Origin: Candidatus Poseidoniaceae archaeon
Lineage (GTDB): Archaea; Thermoplasmatota; Poseidoniia; Poseidoniales; Poseidoniaceae
Reading direction: 5' to 3'
Length of the DNA stretch: 32,000 nucleotides
NCBI GenBank assembly: GCA_943789275.1
Contig: CALSTM010000001.1
Span: forward strand, 210,001 to 242,000
Shown here piece by piece: positions 13,758-22,843 of the stretch. The number at the start of each line of letters is the position of its first letter. Positions within the stretch are counted from its first letter, which is position 1. Under the pieces are notes generated by a model, which did no database searches, was not told where the DNA came from, and saw only the letters and a list, made by a program, of their open reading frames with translations. The translations under genes were made by a program, and so were the position numbers.

Positions 13758-15242
13758 TCACAGAATCGGTTGGTTTCGTAACCATTCTAAATCTGAAATG
13801 TAGAGTTGGCGAATGTCATCAAGACCGAGAACCAGCATAGCAAGCCGTTCGAGGCCCATTCCCCATGCGAGTACCGGTGAAGAGATGCCTAAAGGTTCGG
13901 TAACTTCAGGTCGGAAAATGCCTGCTCCACCCAGTTCCAACCACTTTCCTCTCCATTTGACTTCAATTTCGAGGCTTGGTTCTGTGTAAGGGAAATAGGC
14001 AGGGCGGACTCGAACTTCTGGATAGCCCATCTTTGCATAGAACGTTTTGAGCGTGGTAACAAGCATTTGCAAGTTTGCTCCTTCTTCCATGATGATTCCT
14101 TCAATTTGGTGGAACTCAGGGAGATGTGTTCTGTCAATTGCTTCCTTACGGAACACCCGGTCGACCGAAAAGACACGGCATGCTTCGGTTGGGTTCTCTG
14201 CAAGATATTGGATGGTGTTGACCGTTGTATGTGTGCGCAACAGCCCTTTTTCTGAGGTTTCGGCAGAGAACGAACCACCCCAACCCACCGAGCCGGTGTC
14301 TCCACCGTGTTCATGGATCGCACCCCAAGCATCCGTGAGGTGTTTTGGAAGCTCAATTGATTGAGGGTTTTCCAAGTAGAACGTGTCTTGCATTTCTCGT
14401 GCTGGATGGTCTTGTGGAATGAACAGAGCATCCATGTTCCATCCAGCAGTTTGAACATAGTCATCGACCAATTCTGAGAATCCCATCTCAAGGAATATGC
14501 TGCGTACACGCTCAATCAATGCCTGCATAGGATGGCTGCGTCCAGTTCTCGGTGTTGAGGATTCAAGCGTCACATCGAACGGTCTGTATTCGGCATCTTT
14601 CCATTCATCCGATTGCAGAAGTTCACTGGTAATCTCAGTAATGAATTGTTTTTCGACAAGTGAATCTGAAGCAACCGCCTGCCCGGCACTGGTCAGCGTC
14701 CATGTTCGTGTTGTCGATACAACCGATTCAATCAGGCCACGGCGTGATTTGAAATGCTCCAACATGTCGCTATCCAGCGAATCTTCAGGTTGTGGTAACG
14801 ATTGAATGAATGCAGTTCTCTCCGCAATTTGTGTCGTGACTTGCTCTGGATTTTCCGCGGCAAAGGCGCCATTGGACATTTGAACGCCCAACCGCTTCAT
14901 TAGTCCAACACCTGGCCCCGCCTCATGACGCTCAAAATTCGATTGGAGATTGGCCATTGATGGCTCTTCATGCGTTGAAATCCAACTCCATAATCGCGCT
15001 TCAAGCAGCCCACTCTCCTTTGCCTTGACGCCTTCAGTTGCGAGCCGCACGAGTGACGAACTGTTTTCCTTTGTTTTTACAAGCCCGCCGTTGGTAAGGC
15101 CATGTCCGGCTCCGACGGCGACCGCTTGGTCCTTCCATTGGCACGCTTCAAGAATTTCAGTGAGAGACCATTCATGCCCAGGCTTCTCTTGCATTCGGCG
15201 CAGCATTCTGCGCTCGGGGTTGAGCAAGGAGTCTGCGTCCAT
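13758..15242 (-). CDS. pheS: Phenylalanine--tRNA ligase alpha subunit (archaeal/eukaryal type)
   Basis: HPAREMQDTFY, the FRPEVTEPLGI...PVLAWGMGLERLAML class II motif 3, and RTHTT. The 611-aa track ORF extends upstream over the neighbouring gene, so ATG 15242 (or TTG 15257) is the plausible start. Confidence 0.9.
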   Translation of the reverse strand: MDADSLLNPERRMLRRMQEKPGHEWSLTEILEACQWKDQAVAVGAGHGLTNGGLVKTKENSSSLVRLATEGVKAKESGLLEARLWSWISTHEEPSMANLQSNFERHEAGPGVGLMKRLGVQMSNGAFAAENPEQVTTQIAERTAFIQSLPQPEDSLDSDMLEHFKSRRGLIESVVSTTRTWTLTSAGQAVASDSLVEKQFITEITSELLQSDEWKDAEYRPFDVTLESSTPRTGRSHPMQALIERVRSIFLEMGFSELVDDYVQTAGWNMDALFIPQDHPAREMQDTFYLENPQSIELPKHLTDAWGAIHEHGGDTGSVGWGGSFSAETSEKGLLRTHTTVNTIQYLAENPTEACRVFSVDRVFRKEAIDRTHLPEFHQIEGIIMEEGANLQMLVTTLKTFYAKMGYPEVRVRPAYFPYTEPSLEIEVKWRGKWLELGGAGIFRPEVTEPLGISSPVLAWGMGLERLAMLVLGLDDIRQLYISDLEWLRNQPIL

Positions 15243-15327
15243 GAGGCGTCGTGTCAATTCATGCCCTTCAATTCTATGGAGCCCCGAGGTCTTTTTGTGG
15301 ACTTTTGAAGCGATCGTTATTTGCCGC

Positions 15328-15702
15328 TTACTCTTCTTCTTCCCAGAGTGAAACAGCGCATGCTGGGCAAGTAAATTGACTTGGTCTATCCCCATCGAGT
15401 AACTCGATATGCCCACATGGTCCGCACATGACGGTGCACTTCTTCGGCTCATCAAGCGTGATGTCCACTCTGTACATGACACGTCCAGCATCAGGAAGTT
15501 GTGCTGAGTCCGGTTTCCAATTGGAAATTTCTTCGTCAGACATTCCCTTTTCAGTACGAATCGACATACCAAGTATGAACAAAACGATGCCACTTATCCC
15601 TATTGTTCCAGCGATGGACATGATGTTGGCAACGGTGAAAAAAGCCCCTGCGACAATGCATATTGCCCCTGCAATGAGGAAATTCTCTCTCGTCCCGGGC
15701 AT
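15328..15702 (-). CDS. Small membrane protein with a C-terminal zinc ribbon
   Basis: Two predicted TM helices (FLIAGAICIVAGAFFTV; GTIGISGIVLFILGM) followed by CGPCG...CPAC. It lies 9 nt downstream of the aminotransferase stop. Confidence 0.5.
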   Translation of the reverse strand: MPGTRENFLIAGAICIVAGAFFTVANIMSIAGTIGISGIVLFILGMSIRTEKGMSDEEISNWKPDSAQLPDAGRVMYRVDITLDEPKKCTVMCGPCGHIELLDGDRPSQFTCPACAVSLWEEEE

Positions 15703-15711
15703 CGTGATTCC

Positions 15712-17049
15712 TCACTTGAGTGCGTGTGCTAACGCTTCGGCGACGCGAGGAATGTGTTCCAACGGGACTGCACATAGGCCGATGCGAACCCCACCGGTGA
15801 GCGGAACGAGGTACACTTCTTGCTCAGCACAGGCCTCTGCAATCTTCTGTGGATCGTCATGTTCCAACCACGCAAAGAAGCCATCATGCGTTGGATTGAG
15901 GGGGACGTTCAGTTTTTCACATGACTCTTTGAGAAGGTTCCTGCGGTTCACAAGCAGGGACTGTAAGCGGTCCCTCTCAAGACCCCATGCCTTGCCACCT
16001 GCACTCGATGCATGCATTTCACTGACGGTATATTGTGCTACTCGAGGTGCTGCTGACCATGTCTGCCGTCCAGTAACCCCCATCACCATGTCGATTTTTT
16101 CGGTGACTTCTGCGTCGGGATGGATACTGACCAGAGCACCCGTTCGCAGGCCATAGATGGTGTGAGACTTCGAGAGCGAAAGAGCAAAGGTGATGAGGAA
16201 ATTTTCAGTCCATGGCCAACCCTCTTCAATTGATTCAAGAATGGTTTGGCTCCATCCATGAGGTTCTTCTGCATACAGATGATACGCAGAATCCAAGAGT
16301 AAAGTGTGGCCAACATTCTCGTTGGCAGAAGCGCTTTCCATCACCGCTTCAAGCACGGCCATTCGTCCTGCAGGCGTCAGAGAAAGTCCTGTAGGGTTAT
16401 GTGCTGGATCATTGAGCCAAATCATGACTTTGTCTTGGGTCGAACAGAGTGAGGCAAGTTTGGCTTTGAAATCTTCAATATCAACAAATGGATACGGCGA
16501 GTCATCGATTTTCGGTAACAGTGCATAGACTTCTGAACCCAAGTCACAGCCCGACAGGAATCCCTTGTAAGGGCCCCAGTGTCGGTCTCGAAGGAGTACT
16601 TTGTCGCCTCGGTTCGCAAAATTGGCTGCTGCGAGGAACAGTGCGCCAGAGCCACCCGGCGTTGCAGTTGCGGTCATCGAGATGCCGCACGCATCCATGG
16701 CGTCACGGTGCTCACCGAGAGCAAGAGTTTTGGCCAGATCGAGGAATGCTGGAAGTCCTTTCAACGGCGCATATGCGGCAATTTCGACTGGAGGTGCTGC
16801 CCGAATCGCTTCATCAACCACTTTGTTGATGGCGAGTGTTCCGTCGTCCTCAAGCAGTGCTCCAATGGTCCCATTTACGGCGTCAGCACCGTTTTTGACC
16901 GCTTCTTGGTACCGAGCCCACCATCCAAAGATGGTATCGTTACCGACCTTGGACTGGGAGTAGGGGTTGAGTAATCCTGCACCGGCATCGTGGTTCATGC
17001 CTCTCCGAATGCGGGCGTGTTCTTTGACTTGCCCCTTCCGCTGGTTCAA
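15712..17049 (-). CDS. Class I aspartate/aromatic aminotransferase (AspC/TyrB family)
   Basis: TATPGGSGAL, NDPAHNPTG, LLLDSAYH, the SLSKSHTIYGLRTGALV PLP-lysine motif, and a C-terminal GGVRIGLCAV. The start could be the internal ATG 16998. Confidence 0.9.
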   Translation of the reverse strand: MNQRKGQVKEHARIRRGMNHDAGAGLLNPYSQSKVGNDTIFGWWARYQEAVKNGADAVNGTIGALLEDDGTLAINKVVDEAIRAAPPVEIAAYAPLKGLPAFLDLAKTLALGEHRDAMDACGISMTATATPGGSGALFLAAANFANRGDKVLLRDRHWGPYKGFLSGCDLGSEVYALLPKIDDSPYPFVDIEDFKAKLASLCSTQDKVMIWLNDPAHNPTGLSLTPAGRMAVLEAVMESASANENVGHTLLLDSAYHLYAEEPHGWSQTILESIEEGWPWTENFLITFALSLSKSHTIYGLRTGALVSIHPDAEVTEKIDMVMGVTGRQTWSAAPRVAQYTVSEMHASSAGGKAWGLERDRLQSLLVNRRNLLKESCEKLNVPLNPTHDGFFAWLEHDDPQKIAEACAEQEVYLVPLTGGVRIGLCAVPLEHIPRVAEALAHALK

Positions 17050-17130
17050 AGAAATGCTTCGAATCCATGTCGTTTTCTTGTTGTTCTCTCCGTTTCATTC
17101 ATCAAGGGTAAGTGTCTCGGGCAGTTTGTC

Positions 17131-17203
17131 GCCTGTGTAGCATAGCTGGTAGTGCATCGGATTTGTAATCCGAAGGCCGGGGGTTCGAGTCCCTCCGCAG
17201 GCT
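17131..17203 (+). tRNA. tRNA-Thr (anticodon UGU), no encoded CCA
   Basis: Manual cloverleaf: acceptor GCCTGTG/CGCAGGC, D arm GCAT-AGCTGGTA-GTGC, anticodon arm TCGGA-TTTGTAA-TCCGA, variable AGGCC, T arm GGGGG-TTCGAGT-CCCTC, discriminator T. Confidence 0.9.
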
Positions 17204-17258
17204 CCTCACATTCACTGTACGTGAAAAATCCGATAAGCCTCCATCCAGTCGGTTTTTC

Positions 17259-17711
17259 ATGCGTCCGTTTCACCTTGCGTTTCCCGTTACGGATTTAGAC
17301 CAAACAGAACGATTCTATGTTGATGTGCTCGGGTGTGCAATTGGTCGTCGAACAGAGCACACCATCAATTTCAATTTTCATGGCCATCAAATCGTCTGTC
17401 ATTTGGTTCAGAAGATGCCAGATTATACTGACGGTGGACGGGTTGATGGTAAGCAAGTACCACCGTTTCATTTCGGTTTGGTAATGGAGTATGCGCAGTG
17501 GCATTCATTCCGAGACCAACTGCTCGCAAAGGAGGTTGATTTTCGACTCAAACCTCATATTCGTTATCCTGGGAAGGTTGGAGAGCAGGCGACGCTGTTC
17601 CTGAACGATCCGTCTGGAAATGCGATTGAATTCAAATCGTTCAAGGATGACGAACGGTTGTTTACGACCGCTGCCGGTTCTGAACATGAAGCAGGTGGAG
17701 GGGTTCTGTAA
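17259..17711 (+). CDS. VOC/glyoxalase-family protein
   Basis: The N-terminus FHLAFPVTDLDQTERFYVDVLGC is the typical first beta-alpha-beta-beta-beta module of the vicinal oxygen chelate fold. DPSGNAIEF occurs in the second half. Confidence 0.8.
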   Translation: MRPFHLAFPVTDLDQTERFYVDVLGCAIGRRTEHTINFNFHGHQIVCHLVQKMPDYTDGGRVDGKQVPPFHFGLVMEYAQWHSFRDQLLAKEVDFRLKPHIRYPGKVGEQATLFLNDPSGNAIEFKSFKDDERLFTTAAGSEHEAGGGVL

Positions 17712-17747
17712 GCGAATGCTCAAAGTCATGGATTCTTTGGGAGTGGT

Positions 17748-18626
17748 ATGGTGGCCCAACGACTGGACGGAAAAGCTTGTGCAGCAAAGGTCGAAGAAGA
17801 ACTCATTCAAAGGATTGCAGCATGCTTAGAGAAGAAGACTCAACCTCATTTGGCAGTCGTGATTGTTGGCGATGACCCGGCGAGCCATGTCTATGTTGGC
17901 TCGAAAGTCCGAGCCTGTGAGCGACTCGGTATTCGCAGTACTCATATTGAATTGCCGGCAAACGCTACCGAAGATGAAGTTCGTCAAACCATCGAATCGC
18001 TCAATAAACAAGATGGTTTGCACGGGATTCTTGTTCAATCGCCTCTTCCTAATCACATGGACGAAGAAGGTCTCACAGACCTCATCGACCCATCAAAGGA
18101 CGTCGATGGGTTCCATCCACAAAACTTAGGCCGTTTGGTTCAAGGTCGAATGGATGGGATGTTGCCATGTACGCCAAGCGGAGTCATGCGAATGTTGTCG
18201 TGGGCCGGGATTGAAACGGAAGGTAAAACTGCGGTGGTGTTGGGTCGTTCGAGAATAGTTGGGATGCCGCAATCGTTACTTCTGAGTGCGAAAGGTGTTG
18301 ATTCTACGGTCACAGTTGCTCATTCGAGAACCAAAGATACTCAGGCTCTTTGCTCAAGTGCGGACATTATCATCGCTGCGGTAGGTCGTCCGGAAATGGT
18401 GACTGCAGACTGGGTTAAAGAAGGCGCAGTTGTGGTTGATGTTGGCATCAATCGCGTTGATGACGACACCCGTGAACGTGGATGGCGGCTTGCAGGTGAC
18501 GTTCATCCCGATGTGGCCCTAAAGGCTGCATGGCTTTCACCGGTACCCGGCGGAGTCGGACCAATGACCATCGCCATGCTGATGGAAAATACAGTTCGTG
18601 CTGCAGAACTTTCGCTTTCGGTTTAA
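17748..18626 (+). CDS. folD: Bifunctional methylenetetrahydrofolate dehydrogenase/cyclohydrolase
   Basis: LDGK...PHLAVVIVGDDPASHVYVGSKVRACERLGI, DVDGFHP, GRSRIVGMP and VPGGVGPMTIAMLMENTV. Confidence 0.95.
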   Translation: MVAQRLDGKACAAKVEEELIQRIAACLEKKTQPHLAVVIVGDDPASHVYVGSKVRACERLGIRSTHIELPANATEDEVRQTIESLNKQDGLHGILVQSPLPNHMDEEGLTDLIDPSKDVDGFHPQNLGRLVQGRMDGMLPCTPSGVMRMLSWAGIETEGKTAVVLGRSRIVGMPQSLLLSAKGVDSTVTVAHSRTKDTQALCSSADIIIAAVGRPEMVTADWVKEGAVVVDVGINRVDDDTRERGWRLAGDVHPDVALKAAWLSPVPGGVGPMTIAMLMENTVRAAELSLSV

Positions 18627-18660
18627 CAACGCTCATAGGTTGGCAACGACAGCAGCATGT

Positions 18661-19512
18661 ATGGACCCGAAAGCACCACGCCTTGCGACAGCATCGCTCG
18701 TGTTGGGTTTAATCGCAGCTGTATGTGCCATTGTCAGTTCTGTTCTGAAACTCGGCTTTGTCGATGGATTTGGTACCGAAGAAATGGCTATGGTCATTGT
18801 CTCAACGGTTCTTTTCATCGTCTCGTTCTTGGCATCAAGAGAGCGTGAGCAAATGGAAATGATATCTGCGCCGACACTGGAAGAGCAATTTTCTGCGATC
18901 GAATCAATGCCAACACAATTCCGCTCTTCTTCTACGAATGTTGATTCAATTGAATTTGAAACAAAACCGGCTGAAGCCTCGCAACCGCAAGCCATGGCCA
19001 CCTCTCTTCTTGGAGACTTCAAGGATGTACAACCGGAAAATGTTACCGATGCCTTTGCAACGTTGTCAACCGGGATGGGTTCTGTCGGAACACAACACGT
19101 CGAGATGAATCCAGCACCCCACCGTCACACACAGCAAGGCCGTGAAGTGTTCAAATCCTCTCGCTCGACCGAAGACACCTTCGACCGACTGGAAGTTCAG
19201 AACATCCCGCTCCCCGGGCAAGTGAATACCAAGCCAACTCCTGAACTCCCATGGCAAACGTCGAATCGTGAGTTCCAAACTGAAGGTTCTACACAGGTCT
19301 CTCTACCAACACAAATAACGCAACCGGTGCCTCAAACCGAAGTACAGGTGGAACCCATCGCTGAATCACAGATGCGCATTGACCACTTACCGAGCATGCC
19401 GAACCTCGATGAGTTGTTTGAAGCACCTCCAGCCCAAACCGTCTCACATCTTCCAGAACAACCCAGCACCCCCTCTCTTCCGGACTTACCAAACCTCGAC
19501 GACTTGTTTTAG
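18661..19512 (+). CDS. Hypothetical membrane-anchored protein with a long disordered P/Q/E/T-rich region and a duplicated C-terminal PNLD(D/E)LF motif
   Basis: Starting at ATG 18661 avoids overlap with folD. It has two N-terminal TM helices followed by low-complexity sequence. No family recognised. Confidence 0.5.
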   Translation: MDPKAPRLATASLVLGLIAAVCAIVSSVLKLGFVDGFGTEEMAMVIVSTVLFIVSFLASREREQMEMISAPTLEEQFSAIESMPTQFRSSSTNVDSIEFETKPAEASQPQAMATSLLGDFKDVQPENVTDAFATLSTGMGSVGTQHVEMNPAPHRHTQQGREVFKSSRSTEDTFDRLEVQNIPLPGQVNTKPTPELPWQTSNREFQTEGSTQVSLPTQITQPVPQTEVQVEPIAESQMRIDHLPSMPNLDELFEAPPAQTVSHLPEQPSTPSLPDLPNLDDLF

Positions 19513-19555
19513 CACGCTGCATAGTTCAATAGAGGTTGAGCGGTTGGGTTGTAAC

Positions 19556-20455
19556 ATGTGGACCGAAGCGTTTGATCTTCACAGTCATTCCACCAACAGC
19601 GATGGTGAACATCCAGTCGCGGACGTGGCGAAGATGATGGCTGAGTCCAAGGTCCAATTTTGGTCATTAACCGACCACGATACCATTTCGGGGTGGAGTT
19701 CAGGAAAGCAGGCTGCAGAATCTGAAGGGATGAAGTTCATTCCTGGCGTTGAGATTACCTGTATGCCCGGTCTTGAAGCAAATGCTGCAGTCATGGAAAC
19801 AAGACAACGAGACCGTGCTTCCGATTCGTGGCATCTCTTGGCGTATTTCCCGCACATTGAATTTTCCAGTAAGGGTCACATGGATTTCGAAGCATGGTTA
19901 GCACCGTTGGGTCAAGGTCGAATTCCACGTATGAAGACGATGGTACAACGGCTCGAAGAACTTGGAATGCCCATTGATTTTGACGCCGTTGTAGCGCGTG
20001 CAGGGGATTCAGTCGGCCGACCGCACTTGGCAGATGAAATGATCGCAGCCGGTTATGTTGAGACAAGACAACAGGCGTTTGACGAATGGATTGGAGACGG
20101 TAAGCCCGTTCACATCACTCGGCCTAAACCGAGCATTGCTGAGGCCTGCAAGGCCGTGCATGAGGCAGGAGGTTTCACATCCCTGGCTCATCCACTTTAC
20201 TATTGCATTGACACTGCAGACCTTGTCCAATTCTGCCTTGATGCGGGTGTTGATGCCATCGAATGTTTCCACCGGAGTCATTCCGATGCTTATCGACATG
20301 AACTTTGGTCAGCCGCCAAGAAGGCCGAACTTGGGGTGACATGTGGCTCAGATTTCCACGGACGTATGTACAATCAATCCCCTGGACGTATGGCAGTGCC
20401 GTTATCGACACTCCCTCCTTCCCTCAATCGGATGGCAAAACTTCTTTTCGAGTGA
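19556..20455 (+). CDS. PHP-domain metal-dependent phosphoesterase (TrpH/YciV-like)
   Basis: FDLHSHSTNSDGEH, SLTDHDT, GVEITC, SLAHP and CGSDFHG motifs. ATG 19556 (MWTEAFDLHSHS) was chosen because the longer track ORF overlaps the upstream gene. Confidence 0.85.
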   Translation: MWTEAFDLHSHSTNSDGEHPVADVAKMMAESKVQFWSLTDHDTISGWSSGKQAAESEGMKFIPGVEITCMPGLEANAAVMETRQRDRASDSWHLLAYFPHIEFSSKGHMDFEAWLAPLGQGRIPRMKTMVQRLEELGMPIDFDAVVARAGDSVGRPHLADEMIAAGYVETRQQAFDEWIGDGKPVHITRPKPSIAEACKAVHEAGGFTSLAHPLYYCIDTADLVQFCLDAGVDAIECFHRSHSDAYRHELWSAAKKAELGVTCGSDFHGRMYNQSPGRMAVPLSTLPPSLNRMAKLLFE

Positions 20456-21269
20456 TTGCATCAATCACTATGGCGATTTCGAAAAGAATGACCACAGGCA
20501 TGGCTACGAGGAACAGCGAAAGCGGGTCTGGTGGAGACAAAAAAGCTCCGAGAATAAACGCACTAAACCAAATGTGGCGCCGATAGGAGCGAACGGTTGC
20601 TCGACGAACCAATCCGAGTCGCAATACAGCGAGTGTGACGAGGGGGGCTTGAAATCCGACTGCAGAAGCGAGTGCCAAATTCGCAATGAATCCAATGTAA
20701 CTGGTGAGTCTCCACTCAGTTGAAAGGCCCGCACTTTGCGCATCGGTCGTGAGGTATTCAAGCAACATCGGTGTAAGCCAATTCCACGAATAGTAGATTC
20801 CGGCAACCATCAAAGTGAGGGCCGATACAAACGTCATGAGCATCGTCATGTTCGGACGAGGTGTTTTGAAATCAAGTTCTGCAAGGCGTTGACGAACGGC
20901 AAAATGTTTGCTTGCTTTCCAACTTCCCTCTGAAAGGAACACGACAACCATGCACATGAGTCCCACATGGGCAGCCAATCTTACTTGAAGCAAAATGAAC
21001 TCGACCGGTGTGATCACAATAATCTCGACGTCGCTTGGAAGCCGCTGTGGCTCAATCAGCCATGCGATAAAAGTTCGAGTGAGTGGAAACGTTGCGACAA
21101 AGCCAATTGCGAACACGAGGGCGAGCATTTTCACTCTTGAGCGAAGATGGGTGCGGAATTGTGAGAGCATTTCGCCGCCGGGTGAATCAAGCAGTTCATC
21201 CACTGCACTGACCAATCGTTCGGCTCCTGCCATTGTTGTGAGGACGAGGCAGACCCTCATAACACACAC
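20424..21269 (-). CDS. tatC: Sec-independent (Tat) protein translocase subunit TatC
   Basis: THLRSRVKMLALVF (HL.ELR.R-like N-terminus), six TM segments, and FLSPPDPLSLFLVAMPVVILFE, the signature TatC C-terminal motif. Confidence 0.85.
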   Translation of the reverse strand: MCVMRVCLVLTTMAGAERLVSAVDELLDSPGGEMLSQFRTHLRSRVKMLALVFAIGFVATFPLTRTFIAWLIEPQRLPSDVEIIVITPVEFILLQVRLAAHVGLMCMVVVFLSEGSWKASKHFAVRQRLAELDFKTPRPNMTMLMTFVSALTLMVAGIYYSWNWLTPMLLEYLTTDAQSAGLSTEWRLTSYIGFIANLALASAVGFQAPLVTLAVLRLGLVRRATVRSYRRHIWFSAFILGAFLSPPDPLSLFLVAMPVVILFEIAIVIDAITRKEVLPSD

Positions 21270-21281
21270 TCATCGTGAATG

Positions 21282-22715
21282 TCATTCTTGTTCCCAGAGA
21301 TGAGACGGTGTTGAGTCGTAGAACTTCCTGTTGTATTTCTTGAGCCGACGGATGCGATTGATGACAAAGCCAGTCATCCACAGGGATGCAAGTGAAAGAG
21401 CGATGGCTTGACCCATCAAGTCCTGATGATAATCGTTTAACACGCGAACTTGAATGACATCACCCGTTGAGTTCTGACTCGGGTTATGCATCATGATGTA
21501 ATGGAAGACCATTGGGGAATCGATGACCACTCCAAGTGTCGACTGTGGAGGTACATACTGAACCTCTCCAATACTCTTCACGATGCTCCAATCAATCGAG
21601 CCGTTTTCCATCGCAGGAGGTGCGATGTCGACCATGAGAACAACCACCTCCATGGTGATGGAATCATCGAGATTCGTTATGTTGGAATGAACATTCATCC
21701 CAGGTTCGAACTTCTGTATAATCTCAAACCGTGAGTCATCAGGTCCAAGTTGGTAGGATATGCGTTCATCGACGTGCGTTTCTTGGTACTGAACGGCCAT
21801 GAGAATCGTGGTGAGTAACAGCAATGCGACGATTCCCTCTACCAGCAAATGCTGACGAATCTTTTTGCTCGTGAATCCTTTGAAGAAACTACCGTAATCA
21901 TTTCGCAACCTCGGTTGGAGGTGGTGGATGAACAATGCTCCAACACCGCCAATTAACATTCCAAGTGGTATGTCGATGAACCAATGGATGCCAAGATAAA
22001 GAATGGTGAATATGAACAACACTGTATTCAGCAATACGAACATGTGGTATCGGAAATGCCGCCACTCCCGAAGTGTTCCTCCGTTTTCTCGCACATGCAG
22101 ATAATTAAGCAGCAGAATACCGAACGGTATGGCGACATGCAGAGATGGAACAGCATTGTCGAGTGGGTCATGCGTTGCATAGAATACGCTGTACCATCCC
22201 TCGTGATACAGCAGCGATTCCATTCCTGGTATCCAGGAGGATGTGACTTCCACATTAAAAAACAGGTAATAAGGAACGGCCAGAGCGTAAATCAGCAGAT
22301 AATTCAGGGCCACTTTGTCCGTCATGTCTCGGTCGCCAGTGTAGGCGAAGTACACGGTTGTGACGTAAATCAAGAACAGGTAAATGAACAGGTAATGGAA
22401 ATTAAGGAATGAAGTGAGCGTGTCGTTGAGGAAGAACTCTTGAACATGCTGTGTAAAGTCCCCTTCGAGCGAATAGACGGCTTGTGTCCAATGTCCAGTT
22501 CGCAATTTAATCGGTTCGTTGAGCGCATCGGTAATCGACTTCCACTTGATGATGACAATGTAACCCATTGCGTGAAGGTAGTACCGTTGGTCGTGAAAAA
22601 CCTGCAACCAACGCTTCATTGGGACACGCATTGCAGGCTTGTGGGCAGTGAATGCCCAACAAATAATTGGCGTCAACACCAAGATGAGCCCCATCATGAT
22701 GCCATAGGGGTCCAT
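21282..22715 (-). CDS. PAP2-superfamily (PAP2_3/IPC-synthase-like) integral membrane protein with a C-terminal extracytoplasmic domain of about 190 aa
   Basis: Multi-TM N-terminal half carrying the PAP2 C2 motif VPSLHVA and the C3 motif HWFID (HxxxD). No C1 KxxxxxxRP was seen, as in head-group transferase-type PAP2 proteins. Confidence 0.55.
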   Translation of the reverse strand: MDPYGIMMGLILVLTPIICWAFTAHKPAMRVPMKRWLQVFHDQRYYLHAMGYIVIIKWKSITDALNEPIKLRTGHWTQAVYSLEGDFTQHVQEFFLNDTLTSFLNFHYLFIYLFLIYVTTVYFAYTGDRDMTDKVALNYLLIYALAVPYYLFFNVEVTSSWIPGMESLLYHEGWYSVFYATHDPLDNAVPSLHVAIPFGILLLNYLHVRENGGTLREWRHFRYHMFVLLNTVLFIFTILYLGIHWFIDIPLGMLIGGVGALFIHHLQPRLRNDYGSFFKGFTSKKIRQHLLVEGIVALLLLTTILMAVQYQETHVDERISYQLGPDDSRFEIIQKFEPGMNVHSNITNLDDSITMEVVVLMVDIAPPAMENGSIDWSIVKSIGEVQYVPPQSTLGVVIDSPMVFHYIMMHNPSQNSTGDVIQVRVLNDYHQDLMGQAIALSLASLWMTGFVINRIRRLKKYNRKFYDSTPSHLWEQE

Positions 22716-22843
22716 GTTTTGACGGGCGTAGGGATTTCATATAGGTATTATGACGAACATGACCGGTAAAGCGGCTTCCGTTTACTCACGAAGATGGGGC
22801 ACAGCATCATTACGCTTAGAAAGGAGTTCTCATTGGATGTAAC

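Noticed and set aside
15243-15593. 117-aa N-terminal extension of the pheS track ORF (611 aa)
   Set aside because: It overlaps the independent zinc-ribbon membrane gene 15328..15702 in another frame. The sequence (MASFCSYLVCRFVLKRECL...) has no PheS similarity. The family N-terminus begins near ATG 15242.
15428-16156. 242-aa plus-strand ORF, plus other antisense ORFs within 15712..17049
   Set aside because: It is antisense to the aminotransferase, whose PLP motifs are unambiguous. The sequence is Ser/Arg/Cys-rich and low quality.
17046-17273. 75-aa minus-strand ORF
   Set aside because: It completely covers tRNA-Thr and the intergenic promoter regions, so it is spurious.
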